Notes: a model not told the origin generated them from the sequence alone. DNA of 64,000 bases from Antedon mediterranea (GCF_964355755.1 NC_092673.1:19527648-19591647); one strand, 5' to 3'. Numbered from the stretch's first letter, positions 38,643-51,441 are shown. Numbers and translations: made by a program.

Positions 38643-39006
38643 GTGAGTTTAATAAGAATCACAAGAGCTGCTGTATGTTGTATGATTGTATCTATATATA
38701 ATTTAACACAATTGTGATTAAAATGGGATTTCAGTAAGGAGAGAATTAGACGCTAATGTTATTTAAAAAAAGCATTATTTCTGTGCGGTACTGTAAAAAG
38801 GCGAAAAAGTGTGCAACTAATAACAAATGGAGAGATTTTATTTATCATAAATAAAACAGTTGATTGTTTTCATCCAAAATACTGTAATAACGGAATGGAG
38901 CTAGTTTGCAGATTTATGTGGCATGCTTGATTGATGATTTTTTTTTTTTAACTTTATTTACTCCAGATGTTTTAAAAATCTATTAAAATCTTGATTCAAT
39001 TTTCAG

Positions 39007-39166
39007 ATATTCCATCTGATATTGCTGCTCGTGAATTAGAGTATCAGGAAGCTTACAAGGAAGCTTTGAAAGGAGGATCTGTCGCAGTCAATCTTGGAAT
39101 GCTTAAGGTGATTGGACAGGAAGGAGTGGGTAAAACATGCCTCATAAATGCCTGTCTTGGAAAGAT
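39007..39166 (+). CDS. Roc domain exon with P-loop (G1)
   Basis: IPSDIAARELEYQEAYKEALKGGSVAVNLGMLKVIGQEGVGKTCLINACLGK; phase 1-2. Confidence 0.93.
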
Positions 39167-39459
39167 GTAAGTAGTTGGACAGTAAAATTGAAATTACAAA
39201 ATACATGTAGGTACTGCCTAATTATATCAATAATAGATAATAGAATTAAATTTTAACATTGTTTTGTAATTTTAAATGAAAGATCATTTTAATTGTTGAC
39301 TAAATAACTGATTTAAAATGTGTATTTTATAAATAAAGACTATTGAAATAGTAACTACTGGTATCTATAATTAAAAAGAGAAAATTGAATTTTACAGCAC
39401 TAAAAATGAATGACATTCATTGTTGGTTTCAAATTATTATATTATTATATGTATCTCAG

Positions 39460-39545
39460 ATTTGAGGAAGAACATAAAGTTACAGATGGCATAGCAGTGA
39501 TAAGGACTGTAAGCACAACATGGACAGAGGCTAAAGCTGATAGTG
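39460..39545 (+). CDS. Roc exon with G2 threonine
   Basis: FEEEHKVTDGIAVIRTVSTTWTEAKADS; phase 2-1. Confidence 0.9.
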
Positions 39546-39880
39546 GTAAACATGAATACAAATTAGCATATTACTCTTCCCATCATCATAGGCTATGTAA
39601 CAATATTTATCTTTGATCTCATTATCATAGACACAAACAGGCCCACAATGAAACTGAGATGTAGAATGGAATTCAATAAATGCATACAACTGTAGTATGA
39701 TGTCAACAGTCATATTTTCACATACATACACCAATTGTTACTCTATGATCCCTTAACACACAAGCTATTGTTTGTTGATGTACTGTAATTTTAATTTTAC
39801 TTTAAATAATCAATCAGTTAAAGTACTGTCACCTATGTATCTGCTGTAATAATATGTGCAAATGTCTTTTTTCTCTACAG

Positions 39881-39945
39881 GTAATCCTTTAAAACAGTAT
39901 ACAAAATTCGTCACTGACAAACTGAGAGAAAAGAAAACTATAAAC
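39881..39945 (+). CDS. Roc insertion exon
   Basis: GNPLKQYTKFVTDKLREKKTIN; phase 1-0. Confidence 0.8.
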
Positions 39946-40225
39946 GTATGTCAATAATAGTGTAATGAATAAAGTAGCACCTACAGGACTATTACAAACC
40001 AGTCACTTAGGCTTTCTTTCTAAATTAATCAATGAGGCATTATGAGCAGCTATTTCATTTTTTTTTTTTGCTTCAATCCTTTAAAAATTTACTCTAACAA
40101 ATTGGTTTTGTTTTTGAGAGTAAATAATATTAGTTTTCTCTTATATTAAATTGTAAACAAAACTGTATTTAACTTGAATAAACATTTATTTCTTTTTTAT
40201 ATCCATTTTTTGTGTTATTTATCAG

Positions 40226-40346
40226 ATTGACATGAAACCACCTACAGATGATGTCGAGGATGATGATGGTATTGTTGTTGACTACAATAAGGATGACAAC
40301 AATGATGATTACAAAAATAATGACAACAATGATTACACAAATGATA
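40226..40346 (+). CDS. Roc insertion exon, Asp/Asn-rich low complexity
   Basis: IDMKPPTDDVEDDDGIVVDYNKDDNNDDYKNNDNNDYTND; phase 0-1, required for frame continuity. Confidence 0.75.
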
Positions 40347-40817
40347 GTATGTAACTTTCCATTAAATTCTAATTATTATTATTACATATTACATACATAT
40401 ACATTACATTTTGTAGCTAATTTGCAATTTCTGTGATATTAAGTTTGTGCTGTAGTTATATGAAATAATTAGATTATTAATTAGATTTTCCAATTTAAAG
40501 TAACTTTTAATTTTCCTATAAAATTATTAAATGTATGTGATCAGAGGTGGAGGTAAGGCAACCTTTAACCTGTGTAACAATTATAGTGACAGTCATACTT
40601 TTCTACCTCTACTCTGACAGTGTCAACTAAAACTATAATGATGATAACAATGATGATGACTCAGTGTAACAATGATTATGATAATGAAGACTGCAATGAT
40701 GATAATGATAATTAAAACAATGATGATAATCAGAACAACTATAACAATATGTTAATGACTTTTACAATGATTGTTTACATGTGTTGAGAGTGACCAAAAC
40801 ACTTGTTTCTACTACAG

Positions 40818-40975
40818 GTTCTTATACAGCTACTAAAGCTATTCCATTTGATACAGATCAGCAGTTAGATAAAGATGTAATCAAGGAACTTGAGGAAAAA
40901 AAGGAGGACCCCTTGGAAGAAACATTTAACATCTGGGATCATGGAGGTCAATTAATATACCATGGTATACATCGC
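40818..40975 (+). CDS. Roc exon with G3 motif
   Basis: ...LEETFNIWDHGGQLIYHGIHR; phase 1-0. Confidence 0.92.
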
Positions 40976-41385
40976 GTAAGTTATAATATATGTATTTGCC
41001 TTGAAGTTAATATTATATTGAAATTGTTTAAATACTATACACAGTTAAAAGGAAATGTCTCTGTATATACTAACATAATGGTATGACCAAGGTTTAATTT
41101 GTTCATTCAGTAATCGCAAAATTCTTTCCATGGTACTGCTTTATATAAATTGTTATTACAAATTTTGCCTACGTCAACAAAAAAAGTATTTTCAGTAACT
41201 GTTTTCAATCACTGATTTTAACAGTGTTATATGAATTTGTACTAGAAAAATGCTTTAATAAAAAGAGTATCAATAGTAAATGTATAAACACAGTTTATAA
41301 AAAGACAAATAAAATGATACTTATTTATTAAACCTTAAAGCATATTAATCAAATATTTGAATAAAAACAAATTGTGTTTTTGCAG

Positions 41386-41475
41386 ATGTTCATGACATTA
41401 CAAGCACTTTATATTGTAGTGTTCGACCTAAGTGTAGACCTCAATGATCCTGCTGTTTATATTGATTCCAATGGA
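41386..41475 (+). CDS. Roc exon
   Basis: MFMTLQALYIVVFDLSVDLNDPAVYIDSNG; phase 0-0. Confidence 0.92.
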
Positions 41476-44280
41476 GTAAGTATTTTGCTATATATTTTAT
41501 GCATTACAAAGAGTTTTATTTCATACCTTCTAGTCCGGTGGCAGGAGAGGGGAATCACCACCCGAAAGGGGACAAATTGCCATCCAACTTTTCTAGACTA
41601 GAATTTTCCGTAGATTACGAATATGGAAGGTAATCGATCAGGATAGGAAGCGTTTTCGAGATATAAGGGGTCAAAGTTCAAAATTGACCACAAATTTATT
41701 GAAGCACAATTTGGTCTGTTATTACATTTTTATGATTATAAGTGTCTATTCAATCACCTTATGAAAAAAAAATCCTTTGTGATTAAGGGTCAAATGTTAA
41801 TAATAAATATTGACCAATCATAAAACGTACCTATAAAACCAAATAAAAACTAATATTTAATAAAAATTTGATGTTTTCTCATCCTGTTAATCAATCATAC
41901 GCAATGTAAAAGAGCGAATACATAATTTCATCAGTTGACATAAGGTCAAAGGTCAACATTTTAATACGCGTATTAGTTAACAAATAAATGCAAAGTTGTC
42001 GAAACTATGATATTGATGGTTTTACAAGTAATCAAATTATTTGATTAGTAAAGTTATGTTATTTCATTATAATACTGTATTTAATCAAATCAGACTTCGA
42101 TCAAGATAGGAAGCGAATTGGAAGAGATAAGGGGTCAAAGTTCAAAATTGACCAATTATAACAATGTATTATATACATATGTATTATAACCAATTTATTA
42201 AAGTTCAATTTGGTCTTTTAATACATGTGTATGGTTATAGGTATTGTATGGTGTTATTCAGTCGCCTTATAAAACAAATACTTTGCAATTAAAGGTCAAA
42301 TGTCAATATTGACCAATCACACAATTTGCATTTAAAACCAAATAAAAACTAACATTTAAGACAAAATGTTATGTTTTATCATTCTGTTAAGACATCTATC
42401 AATCATACACAATCAAAAGAGCACATTTATCATTACACAAGTCGACATGGGTCAAAGGTCAACATTTGAACAAATGATCCACTAAATAATGCAAAGTTAT
42501 TCAAACTATGAGATCGATGTTCATAAATGTAATCACATTATTTGATCAGTGAAGTTATGGTATTTTTATATTTTTTCTAGTGCGCATTATTTTAAATGTA
42601 TTAATATAATACTGTAAAGTAAATAATAAAATTAATATTATGACGATTAAAATGTTATGATGTTAAAAAAGATGTTGCGCTGACCTTCAATGATTTGCCA
42701 CTATACAGTTGCATTTATTAGGGCAACAATATTCGTTTTTGGAAAATAAACTACTATTCATCAGAACCAGAGAATACCAATTCGTACAGGATAGGGCATA
42801 GGCAGATCCAGGTGGCCAAACTCAATCCACAACTCACTACACAGACAGACCACAATTTTTATATAGTTTGGCCCATACAGGAAAGAGTTTCCTGTATACA
42901 AAGGATTCTAAAATAACCTATATGGATTTGCCCGAATGAGCCCTCTGAGGACCCTTTTGGGATCTCTATGTGGTGTGCTTCTACATAAGGCCCTGTATTA
43001 GAAATTAGTAAATAGTTCATAGATGAACTATGGAATAAAACTAAATGTGCACCCTCAATCTTTAAATAACATTTATGGATTTGCTCAAATGAACCCAAGG
43101 GCTGATCCTTCATGGACCTTTCGGGGTTCTCTATGTGGGGCTACAAGAGACCCTATATTCGAAATAATGTATGTGGGGTGAAAATGTGAGTTCATAGAGA
43201 TATAATAAATATCCCTGTGCGCCCTCGATCATCCATAAGGAACATTTTATGGATTTGCCCAAATTAACCCAAGGGCCGGTCGTTCTCCATGGATGGACAT
43301 TAAGCTCCATAATGGAAATATAAGGGGTGACACTGTGAGTTCATATAGACAGGCGCGGCCCATGAATTAAGCTGCCTGTGCACTCTAGATCCTTAAGACA
43401 AATTTATGGATTTGCCCAAATTAACCCAATGGCCGGTCCTCCATGGGTTCGGGAATCCTTAATATTGATTTGCTAGGTTTAGACCATTAAGGTTTGGTTT
43501 GTGAAGCCATGTATCCCATGCAACGAAACAATACGCAAAATGAGGCTGTATTTACTCTGTATCGTTTATTTTTCTAAACAGGAACAACAAACCCTGTATA
43601 AAACAACGTCATAATTATTATGCATCAGCAGTGTAATATAATTCAACAATAAAAACAATCACAAGCAAGCTTACTACAATATGGTCACTTCACTAATTAT
43701 CAATTAGTATTACTGTATATAACATTTAACGAACTTATACCTGGATCCAATACATCAATTTCATACTACTAATCACGTCAACCTGGTAAGTTATCCAATT
43801 AACTTCAACATGGTATGTTATACAACCAACTTCAACATGTATGCTATCTAATAAGACAAAGCTGTATATCAAAGAGAAATTATTAAACAGTGAATTCATG
43901 GTCATTACAAATAATGAACGATAACAACTCAACTCGGTTATGCACATGGAGTAATACTGTAAAACATTATGGTTGTATAGAAAATATCTACTCACAGTAT
44001 TGGCGAGAATCCACACTTTTAAAGAAATACAGTATATAACATGTCTTACTCAGACAACAACTAAAACAACTTCTGCAGAACCAACGCTCACGCAGCCTAT
44101 TCAATATAATCATTCACCTGATATGCAAATACGCCCGCGAATACCAGTAGTGAACAATAGCAATGCAATGCAATATATTGCGCCACCAATAATGTAGATA
44201 TAAGAAACTTCGGAAGCTTTCCGATCCATTACAATTTCCCCGCTTGGATGCCCTTTTGACCCAAAAGGAGCGAAACAAAT

Positions 44281-45489
44281 TTATTTTTTAAGAGTGGACA
44301 TGGGTAAGCGATATCGATTTTTGTGAACACCTTTTGTAAAACGAGATGATCGCCTTGGAATTACTCTCGAATCATCACGCTCAACATCTATTGATTGATC
44401 AGAATTCACATCTACAACAATCTTAAAACTTTCAACATCATCATCCGATTCAGACTCACAACTTTCATCTTTATAATGTACATCCACTTCTAGACCATCA
44501 TACGGCAACCACTCATTCCAATCAAAATGTACCAGTTCTTCCACCACACTCCTAGGATCCGATCGCAATCGTCTGCGGTTAACATAATTCAAAGGACCCC
44601 CAACTGCAGAGCGGATACCAAAAACGTCTGCTTCTTTGTTAATAGTCTCAACAATATACGAGTGCTCCTCGAACTTATTGGCCAATTTATGTCTAGTATT
44701 AAAATGTCTTCGACGAAGTAAAACCCGATCACCAATTTCTAATATTTCCGTCGGAGAACAAGACTTATAACGATGCTCTTCTTTAGCTGCTGCTGATTTG
44801 ACTCTACGTGAAACCACTTCATATGCCCTCTTCATGAGATCAGCTTCTTTAGTCAAATAATCCTCAGACCAATCTTGCTCCGCACATCCAATAAAGTGAT
44901 CTAATGGAATTAATGGTTCACGACCAAACATAAGAAGATACGGTGTTACACCTGTAACGGTATGAGGGGTGGAATTATACATAAACACAATATGCTGCAG
45001 CAATTCGGGCCATTTGCGTCGATCTTTCGGGCTTAAAGAACGCAATAAACTGCATAAGGTCTTGTTGAAACGTTCGCACTGCCCATTACCTGCAGGCCAA
45101 TACGCTGTAGTGCGAGATTTTGTCATGCCATAAAGACTACATATACCTTGAATAATTTTACCCTCAAAGGATCTACCTTGATCCGAATGTAACCGTGCTG
45201 GCACACCATAGTGGGAAAACCAATTATCTCTCAATACACGAGCCACTGTATCAGCCGTCTGATCTTTACATGGGACCGCTAGTGAAAACTTACTAAACAC
45301 ATCAGTCATAACAAGAATGTCTTCATAGCCTCCCTTTCCACGATCCATCTTTAAGAAATCTATAGCAAGAATCTCTTCGGGACGAAAGGCTAGAATATGA
45401 CGAAGAGGGGGTTTGACCGTTGGAGTAGGGACTTTACTAGATACACAACTAAAACACTTGGAAATATGCGTACGTACATCACCATTCAT
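44281..45489 (-). CDS. Gypsy integrase (separated from pol by a deletion)
   Basis: CxxC, AIDF, HSDQG, GNGQCERFN, GPY-like region. Confidence 0.92.
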   Translation of the reverse strand: MNGDVRTHISKCFSCVSSKVPTPTVKPPLRHILAFRPEEILAIDFLKMDRGKGGYEDILVMTDVFSKFSLAVPCKDQTADTVARVLRDNWFSHYGVPARLHSDQGRSFEGKIIQGICSLYGMTKSRTTAYWPAGNGQCERFNKTLCSLLRSLSPKDRRKWPELLQHIVFMYNSTPHTVTGVTPYLLMFGREPLIPLDHFIGCAEQDWSEDYLTKEADLMKRAYEVVSRRVKSAAAKEEHRYKSCSPTEILEIGDRVLLRRRHFNTRHKLANKFEEHSYIVETINKEADVFGIRSAVGGPLNYVNRRRLRSDPRSVVEELVHFDWNEWLPYDGLEVDVHYKDESCESESDDDVESFKIVVDVNSDQSIDVERDDSRVIPRRSSRFTKGVHKNRYRLPMSTLKK

Positions 45490-45544
45490 ACCTGGCCAGA
45501 AACATCGACGCTTTAGAAGTTGTATAGTCCGTTGAACTCATTTA

Positions 45545-48500
45545 TCATGACATAAATTTAGTTTTTAAATTCGCTAAAGGATTATGATCAGTAAAAATGG
45601 TAACCTTTGAACCCTGAATGTAAGAAGCGAATTTATCCACCACTGCCCATTTTAGCCCCAACAACTCTAACTTAAAACTCGATAAATCAGGGTATCGGCA
45701 TTCAGCACCACGAAGACTTCTACTTGCATAAGCAATTGGATGAAGAGAACCATTAGACTCCTGCAACAAGCAAGCACATAAACCTTTCAAACTGGCATCT
45801 ACTTCAATAACAAATGGTTCATCAAATTTGGGATATACAAGAACTGGGGGTTTAGTTAAAGCATTTTTTAATTCAACAAATGCGGCTTCTTCAATTTCAG
45901 TCCAACGAAAACTGTGGGCCTTCCCCGCTTGTGTGTCAGACAACCGGGTTACCAAATGCAAGGGCGCAGCAATTTTGGCATAATTACAAATAAACTTTCG
46001 ATAGTATGAAGAGAGTCCCAGAAATGATTTAAGTTCAGTAATACTTTTTGGCGTTGGCCAGGTCAGTATCTTTTCTATTTTCCCATAGTCTACAGCAACT
46101 CCAGCAGATGAGATAACATGACCCAAATAGGTTACCTCCGTCTTAAAGAAATCGCACTTCTTCCCCTTAACCTTTAACCCATACTTATACAATCTGGACA
46201 ACACATTTTCTAATCTAGATAAATGTTGTTTAAACGAAGAAGAAAATATCAAAATGTCATCCAAGTACAACACAATCTGAGTCAAATTCATGTCGCCTAA
46301 TACATATTCCATTACACGTTGAAATGTTCCCGGGCTATTAGACAGACCCTGCGGCATACGAACAAATTCATACAGTCCCCAAGGAACCCTAAGTGCAGTT
46401 TTATTAATAGATTCGTCTGCCATTATAATTTGGAAAAATCCATGAGATAAATCTAAGGTAGAAAAATAACAAGACCCAGTGAGTACTTCTAGAACCTCAT
46501 CAATGCGTGGTAGGGGAAATGAATCTTTCAACGTTTGGAAATTCAACTTCCTATAATCAACGCACATGCGCAAAGACCCGTCTTTCTTTTTGACCAACAC
46601 AATGGGACTTGCAAATTCGCTTTTGGACGGCCTAATTATTCCTTGGTCCAACATTTCTTGTAACATAGACTTAACACTTGATATAGAATGAGGAGGAATA
46701 CGACGATATGGTAGTCTAATTGGAGTTTCATCTTTTAAATTGATAACATGAGGAATAACATCACACTTCCCAACATCAAAACCACTATGAGAAAAAACAT
46801 GATTATATTTAGACAATAGGTTAGTCACTTGTTGAGTTTCCACACAATCAAGGTTACCGTTGATAATTACCCCAGGCGGTAACTGCTGGCTCTCAGAATT
46901 TAACTCAGTACCACAAAAAGAATTAGAATAAGAGTGATTAATGTCATATAACTTACGCACAGAACCGACGGATACAAGTCGACTTTGGGTGTGGTCACTA
47001 AACTTACAATCATCAATATCAGATTTTACACTACCGTCAACAATTTCTGAATGTGAATCACAAGGAATAGTAACATCAGAATGTTGCAAAGAAACTAAGA
47101 TACTTGATTCATCCTCATCTACTTGCAAAAGAATTTCAGCCTTTCTATTCCATGGAGCATCAACATGAGTAGCGGTTACATGTGAAAGATCACGTAATAA
47201 ATGGAACCCTTGTAATTCGCGTAAAATGTTACACCCAATCAAAACAGGATATTCATTACTATGATTAGTTACAGTGACAGCATCTGAAACTACCAAAAAA
47301 CTACCAGTTAACTTTTGTTCACCTATAACAATGGGAATTTCTACATATCCTTCGATTGGAACCTCCACCCCACAAACACCGATAACATTCATGAAAAGCC
47401 CATTAACAGATCCCAGCTCTCCAACAATTGACTTTAATTGCTTATTATAGACCGATGACGGAATTATTGAAGCTTCAGCCCCTGTATCCAAGATACAACC
47501 TAACTCAGTTGAGCCTATTCTAAGGATAGTACATGGACTTCTGGCTACTAATTTATCTACTAAAACAACATCGGAACATTTCAAGGATTGGACGTTAGAC
47601 ATATTTCCATTATTGTCCGTGGCAACAACAGGGATATGAACTTCACGTTCAACATTACCAGTTGGAATTGGATGATTGGTTTGTGACTTAGAAACAGTAT
47701 TAATTATATCCTGAGTAGGCGTATCTGAAGCACTACGTTGGATACCCGGAGTATTAGAATTACTACTACGATTCTTATGTGGACATGCATATGAATAATG
47801 ACCTCTTCCTCTACAAAACCAACACAACCCAGAAGGTATTTCACAATCAGATTTGGTATGACCATTTTTACCGCAATTGTAACATTTTAAAGGACCTGTA
47901 GAATGTTGATTAAACTTAGGTGGACTAGATATAAATTGGGAACGCTGAATTTCGCTAATTTGTTTCTTTAATGCTTGCAATTCTCGCTTTACTTCTGATA
48001 GTTCTGAGGGCCGTTCATTACATTCTACGCCATGTGCACGCGGATTTGTCCTAACAATATCAACTTTATACAACTCAAGAACTTCTTCGCGCATATCAAA
48101 AAAAGATTTTCCTCTAAAAGCTAGCTCAATGCGACGTAATTCACGCTTAACTGTAGGATCACGAACACCGTCCACTAAACGCTGCTTTAAAGTAGTATCT
48201 TGAAGATGTCTCAAAGCGGATTGCTCAGAGGTATAAGACGCTTCAACAAGTTGGGAGTACAGTTTCATTAAAGAAAGGCTATATTCAGCCAAAGTTTCAC
48301 CCGGTAACAATTGCCTAGAATAAAATGCTGAACTATATGATGCAACAGAATCCTCTGATTTAAAAGCGAGTTCTAAAATTCTTATAGCCGCTTTCACATT
48401 CTTCCCATTTTCACACATACTCATACTGCATTTAACCTCATCCTTCGCACAGCCACCAAGATGACTAATCAGGGTATCGTATCGATCATCATCGCCCAAC

Positions 48501-48712
48501 GAATAATGATCACAATAAATTCGAAAATCTTCAAGCCATTCTTTTAACGTAAGGTCCCCGGGAGACCTTGGAACACCCTTAAATTTTACTAACTTAATCG
48601 GAGGAGCTTTCTGAACCGAAACGCCTTTTAAAACATTAGTTAATGCCGCAATCACATCATTAACGCCATCGCCGCTTGCAGTTGCTTCAGATTTAGATTG
48701 GCCTAGCGACAT
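45545..48712 (-). CDS. Gypsy gag-protease-RT-RNase H
   Basis: Two CCHC knuckles, ILDTGA, YLDD, EVDAS...TDHNPL; ends prematurely at a deletion. Confidence 0.93.
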   Translation of the reverse strand: MSLGQSKSEATASGDGVNDVIAALTNVLKGVSVQKAPPIKLVKFKGVPRSPGDLTLKEWLEDFRIYCDHYSLGDDDRYDTLISHLGGCAKDEVKCSMSMCENGKNVKAAIRILELAFKSEDSVASYSSAFYSRQLLPGETLAEYSLSLMKLYSQLVEASYTSEQSALRHLQDTTLKQRLVDGVRDPTVKRELRRIELAFRGKSFFDMREEVLELYKVDIVRTNPRAHGVECNERPSELSEVKRELQALKKQISEIQRSQFISSPPKFNQHSTGPLKCYNCGKNGHTKSDCEIPSGLCWFCRGRGHYSYACPHKNRSSNSNTPGIQRSASDTPTQDIINTVSKSQTNHPIPTGNVEREVHIPVVATDNNGNMSNVQSLKCSDVVLVDKLVARSPCTILRIGSTELGCILDTGAEASIIPSSVYNKQLKSIVGELGSVNGLFMNVIGVCGVEVPIEGYVEIPIVIGEQKLTGSFLVVSDAVTVTNHSNEYPVLIGCNILRELQGFHLLRDLSHVTATHVDAPWNRKAEILLQVDEDESSILVSLQHSDVTIPCDSHSEIVDGSVKSDIDDCKFSDHTQSRLVSVGSVRKLYDINHSYSNSFCGTELNSESQQLPPGVIINGNLDCVETQQVTNLLSKYNHVFSHSGFDVGKCDVIPHVINLKDETPIRLPYRRIPPHSISSVKSMLQEMLDQGIIRPSKSEFASPIVLVKKKDGSLRMCVDYRKLNFQTLKDSFPLPRIDEVLEVLTGSCYFSTLDLSHGFFQIIMADESINKTALRVPWGLYEFVRMPQGLSNSPGTFQRVMEYVLGDMNLTQIVLYLDDILIFSSSFKQHLSRLENVLSRLYKYGLKVKGKKCDFFKTEVTYLGHVISSAGVAVDYGKIEKILTWPTPKSITELKSFLGLSSYYRKFICNYAKIAAPLHLVTRLSDTQAGKAHSFRWTEIEEAAFVELKNALTKPPVLVYPKFDEPFVIEVDASLKGLCACLLQESNGSLHPIAYASRSLRGAECRYPDLSSFKLELLGLKWAVVDKFASYIQGSKVTIFTDHNPLANLKTKFMS

Positions 48713-51037
48713 TGCAGAAGGTGAATTTGTGACAATATTATAGTAACTATAAATACTTTAAACACTACAATAAACAGAGCTTCAATACAAAAAACAAGTA
48801 TCGTAAATGTAATACAAAAGTAACAATATTTCATATAAGGTAAGTATAAGCATCAATTCACAATATCATCTTAAATAAAAACACACTGCCATGTCCATCG
48901 AAACAAAGATTCTGTAATATTATTATATAAAACCATACACCTTCCGTTCTAAAATTAAATTAAGTTAATTAATCTTATCTGTCCAATACTCCTTGTCTTA
49001 TGCACGATCCAGGGTTTGGTAAAACAATTGTTGAAAATACACAAGGCAATCCTCCTTCAGGAATGCTTGAAACGTTGCATCCATCCTGTCCGTGACGCCA
49101 ATTTGTCGTGGTTCGGGAATCCTTAATATTGATTTGCTAGGTTTAGACCATTAAGGTTTGGTTTGTGAAGCCATGTATCCCATGCAACGAAACAATACGC
49201 AAAATGAGGCTGTATTTACTCTGTATCGTTTATTTTTCTAAACAGGAACAACAAACCCTGTATAAAACAACGTCATAATTATTATGCATCAGCAGTGTAA
49301 TATAATTCAACAATAAAAACAATCACAAGCAAGCTTACTACAATATGGTCACTTCACTAATTATCAATTAGTATTACTGTATATAACATTTAACGAACTT
49401 ATACCTGGATCCAATACACCAATTTCATACTACTAATCACGTCAACCTGGTAAGTTATCCAATTAACTTCAACATGGTATGTTATACAACTAACTTCAAC
49501 ATGTATGCTATCTAATAAGACAAAGCTGTATATCAAAGAGAAATTATTAAACAGTGAATTCATGGTCATTACAAATAATGAACGATAACAACTTAACTCG
49601 GTTATGCACATGGAGTAATACTGTAAAACATTATGGTTGTATAGAAAATATCTACTCACAGTATTGGCGAGAATCCACACTTTTAAAGAAATACAGTATA
49701 TAACATGTCTTACTCAGACAACAACTAAAACAACTTCTGCAGAACCAACGCTCACGCAGCCTATTCAATATAATCATTCACCTGATATGCAAATACGCCC
49801 GCGAATACCAGTAGTGAACAATAGCAATGCAATGCAATATATTGCGCCACCAATAATGTAGATATAAGAAACTTCGGAAGCTTTCCGATCCATTACACCC
49901 CGTAATGGAAATATAATGGATGACACTGTGGGTTTATATAGACAGGCACATGGAATAAAGCTGCCTGTGCACTCTCGATCCTTAAGGAACCCATATGGAT
50001 TTGCCAAAATGAACCAAGGGTAACTTCTGAATTCTGTTTATTGGAGATACATGGCTCAAAAGAAAGACATTGTACTGTATAGTAATAGTATTATTCCCCT
50101 TCCACACCTCTTTGAATTAAATCTGCCCTGATAGGCTCTTTGTAAAGGCTTTCAAGGCAATAATCACACTTGTATTTTTCAAACAGTATAATCTATTAGA
50201 TTGAATAAAAATATCTATTATAAACAATTTGCCGTTAGAAATTTCTATGCCATGTCGTTATTTAGATGAGAAAAACAGGTCAAAGGTTAAAATTACAGAA
50301 AAATAGGTGTTTAAGTCACTTTTTTAAAAAAATGTTGCATTATGTAAAGTATAAACATATATATTGTGAACAATTTGACACAAAAATTGGCTCCTTACGA
50401 CAAATATTTATTAATGTTTTTATAACCTTATTCAATTATGTCAAAGGTTAATAACCACACTTCCGGTCATTTCCAAGCAATATCATCTGTTATACTGAAT
50501 ATAAATGTATGTCTTGGGAACAATTTGCTCCTATTTTTAATTCTCTCCGACCTGCCGTTACTTAGATATAGCAAAAAGATGTCAAAGGTCAAAATTGCTA
50601 ACAATGGGGTTTCCGGTCAATTTTTCAAAGAAAGTTCTGTTAGAGCTATTATAAACATATACATTGTGAACAATTTGACACTAAATTATCTCACTACGTC
50701 CAGAATTTCCAGAGATATAGCATGTTTTTATATTGGTCAATTTTGAACTTTGACCCCTTATATCTCGAAAACGCTTCCTATCCTGATCGATTACCTTCCA
50801 TATTCGTAATCTACGTAAAATTCTGGTCTAGAAAAGTTGGATGGCAATTTGTCCCCTTTCGGGTGGTGATATCCCCCCTCCTGCCACCGGACTATTCCAA
50901 ATGAGCTGCATGCATTTACATATTTGAAACCTAACCATTTTGATTTTAATTGTGGTTAGAAATCATTTACTTCTTCATTTCATTTTTAATTGAACAAAGA
51001 TAAATGTTTTTTAAACTAATCTTTTTTTTTTTGACAG

Positions 51038-51217
51038 GAAATGTATCAACATCATTGGACCAATCTCCAGTTCATATTATCTTACATCCTGTCAGTTTAT
51101 TCTCATAGTCGTATTGTGGAAGAAGATGAAGAGAATGAAGTTCACAAACCAACTATCCTTATTGTGGGTACACATAAGGGTAAGCTTGGTAAGACTGAAA
51201 AAGAACAAAATTATGAG
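51038..51217 (+). CDS. Roc exon with G4 region
   Basis: EMYQHHWTNLQFILSYILSVYSHS...KPTILIVGTHKGKLGKTEKEQNYE; phase 0-0. Confidence 0.9.
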
Positions 51218-51441
51218 GTTAATACTTACATTATTAAAATTAGCAATCATTTCTGTTCTAAAAGCTAATGTAAAGAAACTAGCTACTAGAATACTGTATC
51301 GAATACATACATATCAAAAGTTCTTATATGACTGTATTCTATACAGTACTCTAATAGGACTTGAAGTATTTAGATATTATTTATTTAAAAAAAAACAGTT
51401 TTTACCCCATGTTTTCATTTATTTAAATTGTTTACAACCAG

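Larger units (their letters stand above)
43446..49897 (-). mobile_element. Ty3/Gypsy LTR retrotransposon, recent but internally deleted
   Basis: ~790-bp LTRs 49104-49897 (TG..CA) and 43446-44233 (outer ~6 bp lost), nearly identical; PBS TGGCGTCACGGACAGGAT (tRNA-Ser-like) at 49083-49100; PPT AAGCGGGGAAAT at ~44234-44245. Confidence 0.95.
41531..50894. mobile_element. Non-autonomous Academ-like DNA transposon in a Roc intron, carrying a nested Gypsy element
   Basis: ~160-bp TIRs TAGTCCGGTGGCAGGAG... / ...CTCCTGCCACCGGACTA; 3-bp TSD TTC; TAG..CTA termini with a 3-4 bp TSD fit Academ. Confidence 0.8.

Noticed and set aside
40621-40770. Possible second D/N-rich exon
   Set aside because: Stop codons and no compatible donor; treated as intronic microsatellite
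43735-44197. Duplicated ORFs also at 49399-49861
   Set aside because: They lie inside the two Gypsy LTRs and have no recognisable protein motifs
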